Shown: positions 33,423-42,325 of the stretch, piece after piece
Layout: every line of letters starts with the position of its first letter
Numbering within the stretch: the first letter of the stretch is position 1
IMG/VR virus record: IMGVR_UViG_3300045911_000095
Coordinates: 1 to 42,325 of that record
Source of the DNA: a virus
Lineage: Duplodnaviria > Caudoviricetes
Direction: 5' to 3' (one strand)
Length of the DNA stretch: 42,325 bases
Translations under genes and position numbers: made by a program
The notes under the pieces: model-generated
Told to the model about the DNA's origin: nothing
What the model saw: the letters and a program-made list of their open reading frames with translations, nothing else
Database searches by the model: none

Positions 33423-33824
33423 ATGGCAGAACGATTTTTGTCGGCCGGTGTTCGTGAGCGTCTTGCCCGAGAAAGCGCCCCCTACTCTCATCAAGAGTGG
33501 CCTGCGTGGTTCTATGGCCCGGACGGGGCGGCGCACGTCTTCAATTCGCCAGAAGAAGTGCCGAATGGCTGGGCCAGCCACCCCGACCTTGTGGGCAAGA
33601 AGGCTGAACTCAAGGACGTCGCTCTCAACATCAGCGACGACGACGACTCCGTCGCGGAACTGATGAAGAAGACCGCTGCGGAACTGATCCACATTCTGAC
33701 TGTGGCGCAGTCGATCGACGAAACTATCGAGTTCCTGCCTTCGTGGCCGAAGATGCGGCTGGCGAAGACTATCGTCGTTCATGGTATCGACTGGAATGAT
33801 ACTGTCGAAGAAGAAGCGGAGTAG
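33423..33824 (+). CDS. Hypothetical virion-module protein
   Basis: GGAGG RBS; EWPAWFYGPDG..F..EEVP.GW motif. Confidence 0.7.
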   Translation: MAERFLSAGVRERLARESAPYSHQEWPAWFYGPDGAAHVFNSPEEVPNGWASHPDLVGKKAELKDVALNISDDDDSVAELMKKTAAELIHILTVAQSIDETIEFLPSWPKMRLAKTIVVHGIDWNDTVEEEAE

Positions 33825-33830
33825 CCGCAC

Positions 33831-34577
33831 ATGACTCTGACTTCAGCAGTAATCAACGACGCATTTCGCGAGAACAACATCATACCTATCGGAGCAGAGC
33901 CAACCGACTTGCAGTATGACGAAGCGCTCCGAGAGCTTCGTAGGATTATTGCTGGAGTTCTTGGGCTGTCGATTGGCGATCGTTACTTCGATTGGCCTGT
34001 TGGCAACCTCAACGTGACTGCTGACACCGATTGGAACCAGACGCTGTGGTCAAAGGTGCTTGCCAATGCACGGCTCATCGTCAACTCCGACACAGCGCAG
34101 ACCGTATCCCTGCCGCCTGATCCGCAAGATGGCGCTAGGATTGCTGTCATTGATCCTGAGAATCGACTTTCTTCCGCTCCTCTAACCTTGAAGGGCAACG
34201 GTCGAGAGGTTGTCAGCGGCCCTGAGCTGCTGCTGAACGTGAATGGCACGAGTCTGCAATTGTTCTACCGCGCCGACCTTGGGCGTTGGGTAGAGATACT
34301 GCCGCTGACTGGAGTCGATCCCGAAGAATTTCCATTTCCTGAAGAGTTTGATCACTACTTTATCAATCGGCTGAATATGCGCCTGAGTTCGCGCTATGGT
34401 CGTGCGCCAACTGAAGAGAGCACCGCCACTATGCTGATTGCTGAGAGGAACTTGCGGTCGCGGTATTATCAAACACAGATTATTCCTCCGGATATCGGTG
34501 TTCTACTACTCAGTCGGCAGGCATACACTGCGCGGATTACTCCGCACATTGTTCGTGGGAGAGTGGGATGGGAGTAG
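33831..34577 (+). CDS. Head-tail adaptor (P22 gp4-like)
   Basis: MT...VINDAFRE.NII..G.EPT, FP..F...L..RL..RYG; position in the module. Confidence 0.7.
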   Translation: MTLTSAVINDAFRENNIIPIGAEPTDLQYDEALRELRRIIAGVLGLSIGDRYFDWPVGNLNVTADTDWNQTLWSKVLANARLIVNSDTAQTVSLPPDPQDGARIAVIDPENRLSSAPLTLKGNGREVVSGPELLLNVNGTSLQLFYRADLGRWVEILPLTGVDPEEFPFPEEFDHYFINRLNMRLSSRYGRAPTEESTATMLIAERNLRSRYYQTQIIPPDIGVLLLSRQAYTARITPHIVRGRVGWE

Positions 34578-35821
34578 ATGTTCCTCTTGCCCGTAGCGAC
34601 TACTTCCGAGGCGTAGCCAAAGAGGCGCGCATTCGGACACGCAATCGGTATTTCGAAGAAAATCCTGTCCTGACCACGACGCAGGCGGCGTTGATCTCGC
34701 GTCCTGGCATGAGGCGCTGGCTGGAAGTGGGTTCTGGCCCCATTCGCGGCGTCTATAGCCAGCCGGGAAGCTTTGACGGCGATTTGTTCGTGGCGTCAGG
34801 GGAAGAAATCTGGCGCGTGAAGCCTGACAAGACAGTAACCTTCATCGGCAATCTTCCCGGTCCTGCCCGTTCGCCCGTTGAAATGGTCGCCACAGGTAAC
34901 ATCGGGGAGACGCCAGCTTATCTGTTCGTGACGGGCGGCGGTACGCTCATGTGCTATGCCGAAGAAGGCTTTGCAAGTGGACAGTTGACCGGCACTCCGG
35001 CGAACAATGACCAAGTGCAGATCGGCAGCATCTACTACAAGTTCACCAGCGGCAGCGTGGATGCGGGCGCGCCCGCAGGTACACTCGCAAATCCGTGGTT
35101 GGTTGCTCTGGGCAGTTCTCCCGGTGAGGCTTTCGATAATCTGCGTAAAGCTATCAATGACATCGGAATTCCAGGCACAGACTATAGCACGGCCCTCGTT
35201 TCTCATAATGAAGTTCAATCAGTCGAGAGCACTTCCAGCAATGTGACGGTCCGCGCGCTTGTTGCGGGCATATCCGGAAATGCTATCATCACGACAGAGA
35301 CAGGTGCGGCGCTGGCGTGGGGTGCAGGGACGTTGACGAATGGCGGGAATCCGACCTGGTTTCCGATTGTCACACCTGACGATGTAGGTATCATCAGTCT
35401 CGGCTACATCGCGTCTTACGTTGTGGTCGTTCCTGCGCAAGATGAAAAGATCAATGGACGTTTCTTCTGGATTGAGCCGGGAGAAAGCACGATTGATCCT
35501 CTCAATTTTGCGACGGCGGAACGTGCGCCTGATCCGATCTATCAGGTAAGGGTGTTCGGCGACCAATTCTGGCTTCCTGGCGCTAATACAACAGAAGTGT
35601 GGTACTTTACTGGAGACCTCGACGCGCCTGTGGCTCGTCTGCAAGGTGTGACTTTTGATCGAGGCACTTGGCCGGGAACGGCTGTGCAGATCAAGGAAAG
35701 CATGGTGATCGTTGACAGTGATGGCGGCGTGTTCCAGATCGCGGGCGGATTGAAAAGGATCAGCCGTCCGGATATCGAGGAACGTATTCGCAAGGCCATC
35801 CAGTTTCAGTCAAATTCTTAG
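34568..35821 (+). CDS. Tail nozzle / packaged-DNA stabilisation protein (P22 gp10-like), N-terminal part
   Basis: RN.YFE..P, RPG, GPIRG, FATAERAPD, TTEVW, RISRPDIE; beta-propeller-like; insert at about aa 135-265. Confidence 0.75.
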   Translation: MGVDVPLARSDYFRGVAKEARIRTRNRYFEENPVLTTTQAALISRPGMRRWLEVGSGPIRGVYSQPGSFDGDLFVASGEEIWRVKPDKTVTFIGNLPGPARSPVEMVATGNIGETPAYLFVTGGGTLMCYAEEGFASGQLTGTPANNDQVQIGSIYYKFTSGSVDAGAPAGTLANPWLVALGSSPGEAFDNLRKAINDIGIPGTDYSTALVSHNEVQSVESTSSNVTVRALVAGISGNAIITTETGAALAWGAGTLTNGGNPTWFPIVTPDDVGIISLGYIASYVVVVPAQDEKINGRFFWIEPGESTIDPLNFATAERAPDPIYQVRVFGDQFWLPGANTTEVWYFTGDLDAPVARLQGVTFDRGTWPGTAVQIKESMVIVDSDGGVFQIAGGLKRISRPDIEERIRKAIQFQSNS

Positions 35822-35832
35822 GAGTAGTTGCG

Positions 35833-36897
35833 ATGACGCTTCAATGGGCAGACTTTCCTTCCGGGGAACAAGGGCTTTACGGCACACAAGGCGACCGGAT
35901 GCTCGATGGTACTCCGTGGGTTTTTGTGGCAAGTTTTCCAATTTCGACCGCTATTGCCGCTGATCCCGATCCTCTGATCGGCGCGAATGGTCGTGTTCTC
36001 AGACACAGAGCATTGAGCGGTTCGACAGTTGCCACGCGACTTGCATTGACGTCTCCCGATGATGTTGTGGGAGTTGCCCATAATTTCTACGCTTCATCGC
36101 TTCCTCTGACAGCTACCCCTTTTCTCGCATTTCTGACGACAGGAAATGTTCTGCGTTACCAAGTCAGGGTTCGACCCAACGGAGGACTGGAAATCACGAG
36201 GAATACGACAGTTGTAGCGACTGCCGATTTTCCGATTATTCTGGCGAATAGTTGGAACCTGATCGAAACTCTCGTCGATATTACCGCAGGAACAGTTGAG
36301 GTTCGCAAGAATGACCTGACTGTTTTGTCTTACACAGACCCCACCCCTTTCACAGGAACGATTGGCCTTGTAAGTTTTCCTGACGCTAACCTTGGCGAGT
36401 CAAATTCTTTTTTCAGCAAGAATATCGTGGTCTACAATGGTCAGGGGTCTTCCTTCAACACATTCCAGGGCAATGTGATTGTCACCGATCTTCGACCTGA
36501 CGAAGACGTAACCCTTGGTGGCTGGACACCTTCGACCGGCACCGAAGCGTGGCCCTTGCTGGATGAATCGCCTCCTGATGATGCGGATTATATTGAGGCA
36601 GGGCATTCGCCTTTGCCTTCTCCTGCCGAAGTGGAATTCACTTCGCTGCCGCCTGATGTGACCTCAATTCGTGGACTGATTTCGATTACTCGGTCTCGCA
36701 AGACAGACGGTGGCGACGGGAATTTGCAGACCAGTCTTTCGCCGGACGGCACAAACTATGATGTGGGAACGGACAATCCCGTCACCACTACGCCGACCTA
36801 TCGCTATGACGTGAGCCAAGTCAGCCCTGCGACGACTGCGGCTTGGTCTCCCACGGAGGTGAATTCGATCCGGCAGCGTTACGACAGGACTGTGTAG
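35833..36897 (+). CDS. Putative tail/receptor-binding beta-rich protein
   Basis: AGGAG RBS; S/T/P/V-rich lectin-like sequence; LRP..D, LDE.PPDD.DY motif. Confidence 0.6.
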   Translation: MTLQWADFPSGEQGLYGTQGDRMLDGTPWVFVASFPISTAIAADPDPLIGANGRVLRHRALSGSTVATRLALTSPDDVVGVAHNFYASSLPLTATPFLAFLTTGNVLRYQVRVRPNGGLEITRNTTVVATADFPIILANSWNLIETLVDITAGTVEVRKNDLTVLSYTDPTPFTGTIGLVSFPDANLGESNSFFSKNIVVYNGQGSSFNTFQGNVIVTDLRPDEDVTLGGWTPSTGTEAWPLLDESPPDDADYIEAGHSPLPSPAEVEFTSLPPDVTSIRGLISITRSRKTDGGDGNLQTSLSPDGTNYDVGTDNPVTTTPTYRYDVSQVSPATTAAWSPTEVNSIRQRYDRTV

Positions 36898-36898
36898 C

Positions 36899-37750
36899 AT
36901 GGCGCTCACGCCGCAAGTCAGGCTCACACAGACAGCAGTCCGATCTGTCGCGGTCGGAGATAGCGACCTGCGCCTGTCTCAATCTTCCGTGCGTGTCGTT
37001 TTCAACATTCCGACGCAGAGCGTGGAAGTTTCACAATCTTTGGTTCGGCCTGTCGTAGGCAAGAATGCCACCGGATTGAGAGTTTCTCAATCGGTCGTGC
37101 GTGTTGTTTATCGTGGACGCATCGAAGATACCATTGTTCGTGCGTGGACCTTCACGCTCGACGGGCACGACTTCTATGTGCTGCGGCTCAATGAAACAGA
37201 AACGCTGATCTATGACACAAGCACTGAGCAATGGGTCAATTGGGATAGCCATGGTCTCCCTGTCTGGCGCGTGAATTGCGGCACCAACTGGATCGAAGGC
37301 CAGTCTATCGGATTTGAGTCCGGTTCCGCAATTCTTGCAGGCGATGATCAGGCAGGGATTTTGTGGGCGCTGGACCCTGAAAGAGCCTTTGATGAAGCAG
37401 TGCTGTCAGATGCTCCTGAGCAGACAGTGCCCTTCCAGCGCATCGTCATGGGTCAGGTACCTATGACGGGCCGTGAAGTGCTGCCATGCTACGCCTTGTT
37501 CCTGATCGGGGATAATTTCGGACCGCTGACAGATGTTTTCACTCCGCAGATCACTCTTGAATATTCGGACGACGCAGGCAAGACATACCATGACGCAGGC
37601 ACGATTGAGGTGACGCCGAGCACCGTCAATCAGCCTTACGAATGGTATTCTCTCGGACAGATTGAAGCGCCTGGACGTCTATTTCGCCTCAGGGATACTG
37701 GCGTATTCACGCGCATCGACAGTCTGACCATGAACGACGGGCAAGACTGA
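36899..37750 (+). CDS. Tail protein carrying the C-terminal part of P22 gp10-like nozzle
   Basis: FTLDGHDFYVL, YD..T.QW, LEYSDDAGKTY, W.SLG..GRLF; N-terminal repeated LRxSQSxVRVV. Confidence 0.65.
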   Translation: MALTPQVRLTQTAVRSVAVGDSDLRLSQSSVRVVFNIPTQSVEVSQSLVRPVVGKNATGLRVSQSVVRVVYRGRIEDTIVRAWTFTLDGHDFYVLRLNETETLIYDTSTEQWVNWDSHGLPVWRVNCGTNWIEGQSIGFESGSAILAGDDQAGILWALDPERAFDEAVLSDAPEQTVPFQRIVMGQVPMTGREVLPCYALFLIGDNFGPLTDVFTPQITLEYSDDAGKTYHDAGTIEVTPSTVNQPYEWYSLGQIEAPGRLFRLRDTGVFTRIDSLTMNDGQD

Positions 37751-38679
37751 TGGTCGGCAAGCTACAGCCTCTCGTCAATAATCAGATGATCGTCGGGCCT
37801 GACGGCAAGCCGACCGAGTATTTCATTCGGTGGGCGCAGCAACGCCAGATCGACATAGGCCAAGCCATTGATGAAGATCGCGCTCTTGAGATAATCCAGG
37901 CGTTCATAGATGATTATGCGCTGCAAGCGGGCAGTGGCATTTCCATTACGCCGGATGGTAAGCTGACCAGCAACCCGACGATCAGTGCCGAAGTGCAGGC
38001 CATTCTCAACCAGATTTCGAGCACGCACGGTGCAGTGCTGTTTCGCGGCGCGACGAATTGGCAGGCTCTTGCTCCGGGCACGGCAGGTCAAGTGCTTGCA
38101 ACAAATGGCGCAGGGGCAGACCCAAGTTGGGTCAATCAATCCGGTGGTGGCGGGCTTATCATCGACATGGGTGCCTCGGATGCTTCTTACGTAACATCGG
38201 GTGGTGCTCAAGCATCTAAAGCTAATATCATAAAACCTAGACGTGACATGAGCGTGATATCTTTATATGCTCGAATGTTCTCAAAAGTTAATGGAGCAAC
38301 CTATACTGGCATTATCGCCACTCTTTCAACGCCTACAGGCTATACTATTGGCACTGTTTTGGGCACAACTACGACTTTCACTGCCACAGACACGTCGCAA
38401 GAATGGATTGAACTCACTTTTAGCAGCCCGATTTCTCTCACCGCAGGGACTCGATATGCTTTAATTATTACTAGAAGCGGTGTAAGCGGAACTACAGTCC
38501 TTACTATTTCAACGTTCGCAAGCAATGGCGATGTCAGTTACACTACTTTAGTCAGCGATACGGGTCTTTCGGATTGCGGCTATGCAGCCTACACTGCCGC
38601 TAATCCTCCAGTAGCGGGCACAGCAGCAGCGATTTCAGGCTCTCCCGGAGCATATGGAATAGGAGTCAAATATACTTGA
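37750..38679 (+). CDS. Tail needle/fibre, receptor-binding protein
   Basis: LAPGTAGQVLATNGAGADPSW fibre motif, GGGG hinge, AT-richer S/T-rich C-terminal domain. Confidence 0.7.
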   Translation: MVGKLQPLVNNQMIVGPDGKPTEYFIRWAQQRQIDIGQAIDEDRALEIIQAFIDDYALQAGSGISITPDGKLTSNPTISAEVQAILNQISSTHGAVLFRGATNWQALAPGTAGQVLATNGAGADPSWVNQSGGGGLIIDMGASDASYVTSGGAQASKANIIKPRRDMSVISLYARMFSKVNGATYTGIIATLSTPTGYTIGTVLGTTTTFTATDTSQEWIELTFSSPISLTAGTRYALIITRSGVSGTTVLTISTFASNGDVSYTTLVSDTGLSDCGYAAYTAANPPVAGTAAAISGSPGAYGIGVKYT

Positions 38680-38704
38680 CCTTTCGCCGCTCCTAGGCTA
38701 TGAC
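38676..38704 (+). promoter_or_regulatory. sigma70-type promoter upstream of the ejection genes
   Basis: TTGACC-17nt-TATGAC with a GGC prefix on the -10. Confidence 0.55.
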
Positions 38705-38840
38705 TGCCCTGTTCCCTCGCCGCAGCGCGTTTCGTTCGTATAGTCTAGTGCAGAACTATATTGGGAATAGATGTACTAGAGCGCAGGGCTTGCAATTTTG
38801 AGCAACTTGATTTATAGGTCGTGACGTCAGGAGATTTTCT

Positions 38841-39272
38841 ATGGGTATTCTCAGATCGCTTTTCGGGGGTAGCAAACAAAGAAGCGACAACCAGGCGTAT
38901 TCGACCGTCGCTCCGATGCTTACCCCTGCCCTTGGCACTGGCGTCAACGCTCTCAATCGGCTTGACAGCGAGTTGGCTGGCGGGTTCGACGCCTTCAAGA
39001 AGAAGGCGGGCTTCGATTTTCAACTGGGGCAGGGCTTGCGTGGCATCACTGGCGCTAACGCGGCGGCGGGGCTGTTGCGCAGCGGAAAAACGGGTCGAGA
39101 CGTCGCCCGTTTCGGCAACGATCTGAGCAGCGCCATGTATGGAAACTATCTCAACCAGCTTGCAAACGTCAGCGGTCTTGGGACTGGGTTCGGGCAGCTC
39201 TTGGTCGGTGCAGGCGAGCGCAGCAGAGGCAAATCTAGCAACGGTATTCTGTCGACGCTGTTTGGCAGATAA
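38841..39272 (+). CDS. DNA ejection/pilot protein (P22 gp7-like)
   Basis: Gly-rich; GFDFQLGQG..AAAGLLRSG..YLNQL motif; AGGAG RBS. Confidence 0.7.
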   Translation: MGILRSLFGGSKQRSDNQAYSTVAPMLTPALGTGVNALNRLDSELAGGFDAFKKKAGFDFQLGQGLRGITGANAAAGLLRSGKTGRDVARFGNDLSSAMYGNYLNQLANVSGLGTGFGQLLVGAGERSRGKSSNGILSTLFGR

Positions 39273-39284
39273 GGAGACGGGGCT

Positions 39285-41144
39285 ATGGGCGTCGTTCAGA
39301 ATATTATTGGGATTGTTCGCGATATCAACGAACGCAAAGAAGATGCGCGCATCAAGAATGCTCTGCGCAACAATCTCAATAATCTTGATCTGGGTATTGA
39401 AGAGATCATGCAGATCAACCCGTATAAGGGGATGGCACTTGAGGATGACCTCTTCAAGCGCCGCAAGCAAGAGGTTGAGCTGCAAGATTCTCGCGATCAG
39501 GCGATCATTGATCGTCTTGGTGTTGCAACGAAGTATCTGCGCGGAGTTCCGTTGGAAAAGCGCGCGGAAGTGATGGAGAGTTACGCGCCTTTGTTTCACG
39601 AATTGATCGGCCCAGACAACTACGACGCATTCAAGAAGGCTGCGCTGTCTGATCCGAACTATCTGGCGGCAGTGGATGACAACACGTTCCGCGAGATGTT
39701 CAAGAACGCGAATGAGATGCGGACGGTTACGCCAGGATCGGTCGTTCTGCGTGGCGGGCAGCCGATTTTCCGCAACCCACACAAGGCTATTGTGGCGAAT
39801 ACTCCACAGGGTGCAATCCAACGCGTCTTCGATCCGAATACTGGCGAGTATATGGACGAAGATGCCGCTGAGTATAGATCGTCGGTAGATGGAACGGCCC
39901 CTGTCGCAGGGCAGGGGTTCAGGTTGACTGTGGACGCTGTTCGCCCGCACATCGTTCAGCAAGAAAGCGGTGGTGATTATACGGCAGTCAATCCTACGAG
40001 TGGCGCGCTTGGCGCGTATCAGGTGATGCCTGCCACTGGCAAGGCTCTTGCTGAGCGCCTTGGCTTGCCTTGGCGTCCGGACATGATGCGCAGCGACGAC
40101 CCCGCCAGCGTCCGATATCAAGATGCTATCGGGAGCGCAGCCATTGCAGAAGCCATCGACGCCAGCGGTGGAGATCCGCGCATGATGGCGATGTACTACT
40201 ACGGTGGAGCTGATCGCAACAAGTGGGGACCGCGGACTAATCAGTACGCTGATGAAGTAGTGACGCGGCTCGGCGGCGGGCAAGCCCAGAGCGCGACACA
40301 GCCGATTCTTGGCAGTCGCACGACAATCAATCCGAAGACCAGCGTGCCGACTACTCCGGGCCGTATTCTGTCTCCCGAAGAAGCGGAGGCTCTCGGCTTT
40401 AGTCCGGGAACCGTCGTTCAGCAGGATGGTAAGGGTTACAAGGTTCTTCAGGCTCCTCCCAAGTCGGCGGCTGCCAGCGCAACAGCCCAAAAAGCTGAAG
40501 AGATGCGACGGAATGCGCAGCGCGTGTTGAATTCGACGCTTGGCTCTCTCGCTAATAACTACGTCGAACTTTTCAGCATGGGAGCCGCGACCAGCAGTTC
40601 GCGCTCTCCCGCTCAGAATGCTTTGGCGCGGCTGGGATCCAGCAGCGTGGGACAATTTGTTGGAGAAACTATCGGTACAGAGGCTCAAACCATTCGTCAA
40701 ACAATCCGCAACGCTTCTCCGATATTGTTGAATACGATACGGCAAGCTGCGGAAATGGGCGTCCGCGGTATGGACTCCAACAAAGAACTGGAGTTCTACG
40801 CTCAGGCAGTTGGTGACGTTTCCAAGCCGATTGAGGCGAACCTTGCTGCACTTGTTGTCCTGGACATGGCTTACGGGTCTCAGACCGGTGACGCTATTCT
40901 GCGTCAGCTTCCTCCGTCTCTGCGCCCGCGTGTGGAGAAGCAGATCGACATCATCATGCAGCGCGACGGCATCAGGTTCGGTAAGCCAGGAGAAGGTCTG
41001 TATAAAGACAGAACTGGCGGTCTCCAAAGACTTGGCACTGGTCAAGCGGAAGAGCAAGACATTCCGATTGGAACTATCATTCGCAACCCAAGAACCGGAC
41101 AGCGCAAGCGCAAGACCGCTTCTGGATGGGAGGACGTCAAGTGA
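39285..41144 (+). CDS. Ejection protein with lytic transglycosylase (SLT-like) domain
   Basis: IVQQESGG, GALGAYQVMPATG, YYGG, T.QY..V; TAAGGAG RBS. Confidence 0.8.
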   Translation: MGVVQNIIGIVRDINERKEDARIKNALRNNLNNLDLGIEEIMQINPYKGMALEDDLFKRRKQEVELQDSRDQAIIDRLGVATKYLRGVPLEKRAEVMESYAPLFHELIGPDNYDAFKKAALSDPNYLAAVDDNTFREMFKNANEMRTVTPGSVVLRGGQPIFRNPHKAIVANTPQGAIQRVFDPNTGEYMDEDAAEYRSSVDGTAPVAGQGFRLTVDAVRPHIVQQESGGDYTAVNPTSGALGAYQVMPATGKALAERLGLPWRPDMMRSDDPASVRYQDAIGSAAIAEAIDASGGDPRMMAMYYYGGADRNKWGPRTNQYADEVVTRLGGGQAQSATQPILGSRTTINPKTSVPTTPGRILSPEEAEALGFSPGTVVQQDGKGYKVLQAPPKSAAASATAQKAEEMRRNAQRVLNSTLGSLANNYVELFSMGAATSSSRSPAQNALARLGSSSVGQFVGETIGTEAQTIRQTIRNASPILLNTIRQAAEMGVRGMDSNKELEFYAQAVGDVSKPIEANLAALVVLDMAYGSQTGDAILRQLPPSLRPRVEKQIDIIMQRDGIRFGKPGEGLYKDRTGGLQRLGTGQAEEQDIPIGTIIRNPRTGQRKRKTASGWEDVK

Positions 41145-42325
41145 GCACCAGAACCCGCATCCCTGATGGCTTCGAGATTGAGCGGCTTCCCGAGCCTAAG
41201 CCTACGAATGCTCCTCTCGGTGCCAGTGACCTTCCAGAAGGTTACGAAATCGAAGATTATACGAGCGACATTCTGAAGTCTAGCGTCACTGACTACGGCG
41301 ATCCGTCGAAGATGACGGCTGAGCAGATCAAAGCTCAGATCGCAAAGCAGCGTGAAGATGGCCTGACTGATCTCGATATAGAACAGTGGCTCCAGCAGTG
41401 GGGTCGTTATCCCGACATCAGTCTGCGAGATTACTTGGCAGACCCTACCGGCAAAGATCTCGAGATTACTCCGGACTACGACATCGGCCCGCTCGACGCT
41501 GCATGGTCTGGACTGAAGAGCGCCGCACTTCGTGGATGGGATGACGAATGGCAGGCCGGATGGGGTGCTGTGGGCAACAAGCTCGGCACTGTCCTCGGTC
41601 TGAATGAGAGCACCGCAGACTTTGCAGATATCTACGAAGCTCTGCTGGCCCAGAACCGCGATTACAAAGATCAAGCGTGGGACAAGCAACCGCTAGCCTA
41701 CGGCTTGGGCTTTGTGCCCGGAGCGTTTCTGGGGCCGTCGTATGCGGCTCTCTCACGCGCGCAAGGGCCTTTGGGCAGGGTTGGCGGGGCCGCAGCCATC
41801 GGAGGCATCGAAGGGGCTGTAAGCGGCGCAGGTAATGCTGAAGGGGGCCTTAGCAACCGCCTACTCGACGCCGCCGTTGGTGGTGGAACGGGGGCTGTTC
41901 TTTCCCCGTTGATGCTTCCCGCTGCCAACTTAGCGGGCGGGTTGATTGACAGCGGCATCAATTCTGCTCGTCGTTTGCTTGGCCGTGAGAATGCGCTCAA
42001 CACTGGCCTTGAGGCGTTGGTGCGACGCGCCCCGCAGAATGCCGACGCTATGAATGCTCGTCTGGCTGAGATGGATGCTGCCAACGTGCCCGCTCGTCTT
42101 GTCGACCTAGTGGATGAGAGTGGTCGCGGCGTCATACGTTCGGTCGGGAGCAAAATGACCCCCGCTCGTGAAGAACTTGCTCGCGCGGCTGATGACGTCT
42201 ACATCAATGCTCAGAACCGCATTGCGCAGCAGGCTCGGGACAATATCAGCGATTCGCCACTTACCTCCAGAGAAATTGCGCGCGATATCGAGCAGCAGCG
42301 CAGCAATCTCGGACCTGAATTTCGC
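41141..42325 (+). CDS. N-terminal part of large ejection protein (3' partial; absent from the ORF track)
   Basis: GTG overlaps the previous stop; frame read by hand and open for 395 codons to the window end (MSTRTRIPDGFEIERLP...GWDDEWQAG...NLGPEFR); Gly/Ala-rich membrane-like segment. Confidence 0.8.
   Translation, partial: MSTRTRIPDGFEIERLPEPKPTNAPLGASDLPEGYEIEDYTSDILKSSVTDYGDPSKMTAEQIKAQIAKQREDGLTDLDIEQWLQQWGRYPDISLRDYLADPTGKDLEITPDYDIGPLDAAWSGLKSAALRGWDDEWQAGWGAVGNKLGTVLGLNESTADFADIYEALLAQNRDYKDQAWDKQPLAYGLGFVPGAFLGPSYAALSRAQGPLGRVGGAAAIGGIEGAVSGAGNAEGGLSNRLLDAAVGGGTGAVLSPLMLPAANLAGGLIDSGINSARRLLGRENALNTGLEALVRRAPQNADAMNARLAEMDAANVPARLVDLVDESGRGVIRSVGSKMTPAREELARAADDVYINAQNRIAQQARDNISDSPLTSREIARDIEQQRSNLGPEFR

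Noticed and set aside
38745-41057. 770-aa antisense ORF
   Set aside because: Shadow of the ejection genes; no motifs or RBS; expected from GC-rich codon bias
42300-42325. Exact circular closure of the window
   Set aside because: No terminal overlap seen; direct joining puts the ejection ORF out of frame and it soon hits a stop

Overview
Near-complete genome (~42.3 kb) of an apparently lytic, short-tailed (P22-like morphogenesis) dsDNA phage. The host is probably an alphaproteobacterium, judged from sigma70 promoters with GCTAT- -10 boxes and CtrA-type TTAA-N7-TTAA boxes. The + strand arm (26.0 kb to the end, continuing at 1-3.4 kb) carries terminase, portal, scaffold, coat, tail, ejection and lysis genes. 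The - strand arm (25.3 to 3.4 kb) carries early genes, a MoxR AAA/VWA pair, primase-helicase, PolA, nuclease, SNF2 helicase and a six-gene thymidine-hypermodification cluster. No integrase, repressor, RNA polymerase, tRNA or CRISPR was seen. Highlights: (1) a 5hmU hypermodification cluster that lacks a recognisable 5hmU-DNA kinase and has a TET/JBP-associated-type glycosyltransferase plus a SPASM radical SAM enzyme; (2) a ~420-nt control segment almost free of GA/TC dinucleotides, suggesting a context-specific (TC) modification that the control region must avoid; (3) an R-S-E ADP-ribosyltransferase domain inside the largest ejection protein; (4) three dispersed paralogues sharing an unrecognised C-terminal domain; (5) CtrA-like boxes at the early/late switch; (6) a P22 gp10-like tail protein split across two genes. 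All assignments come from motif recognition by eye; no database searches were run.
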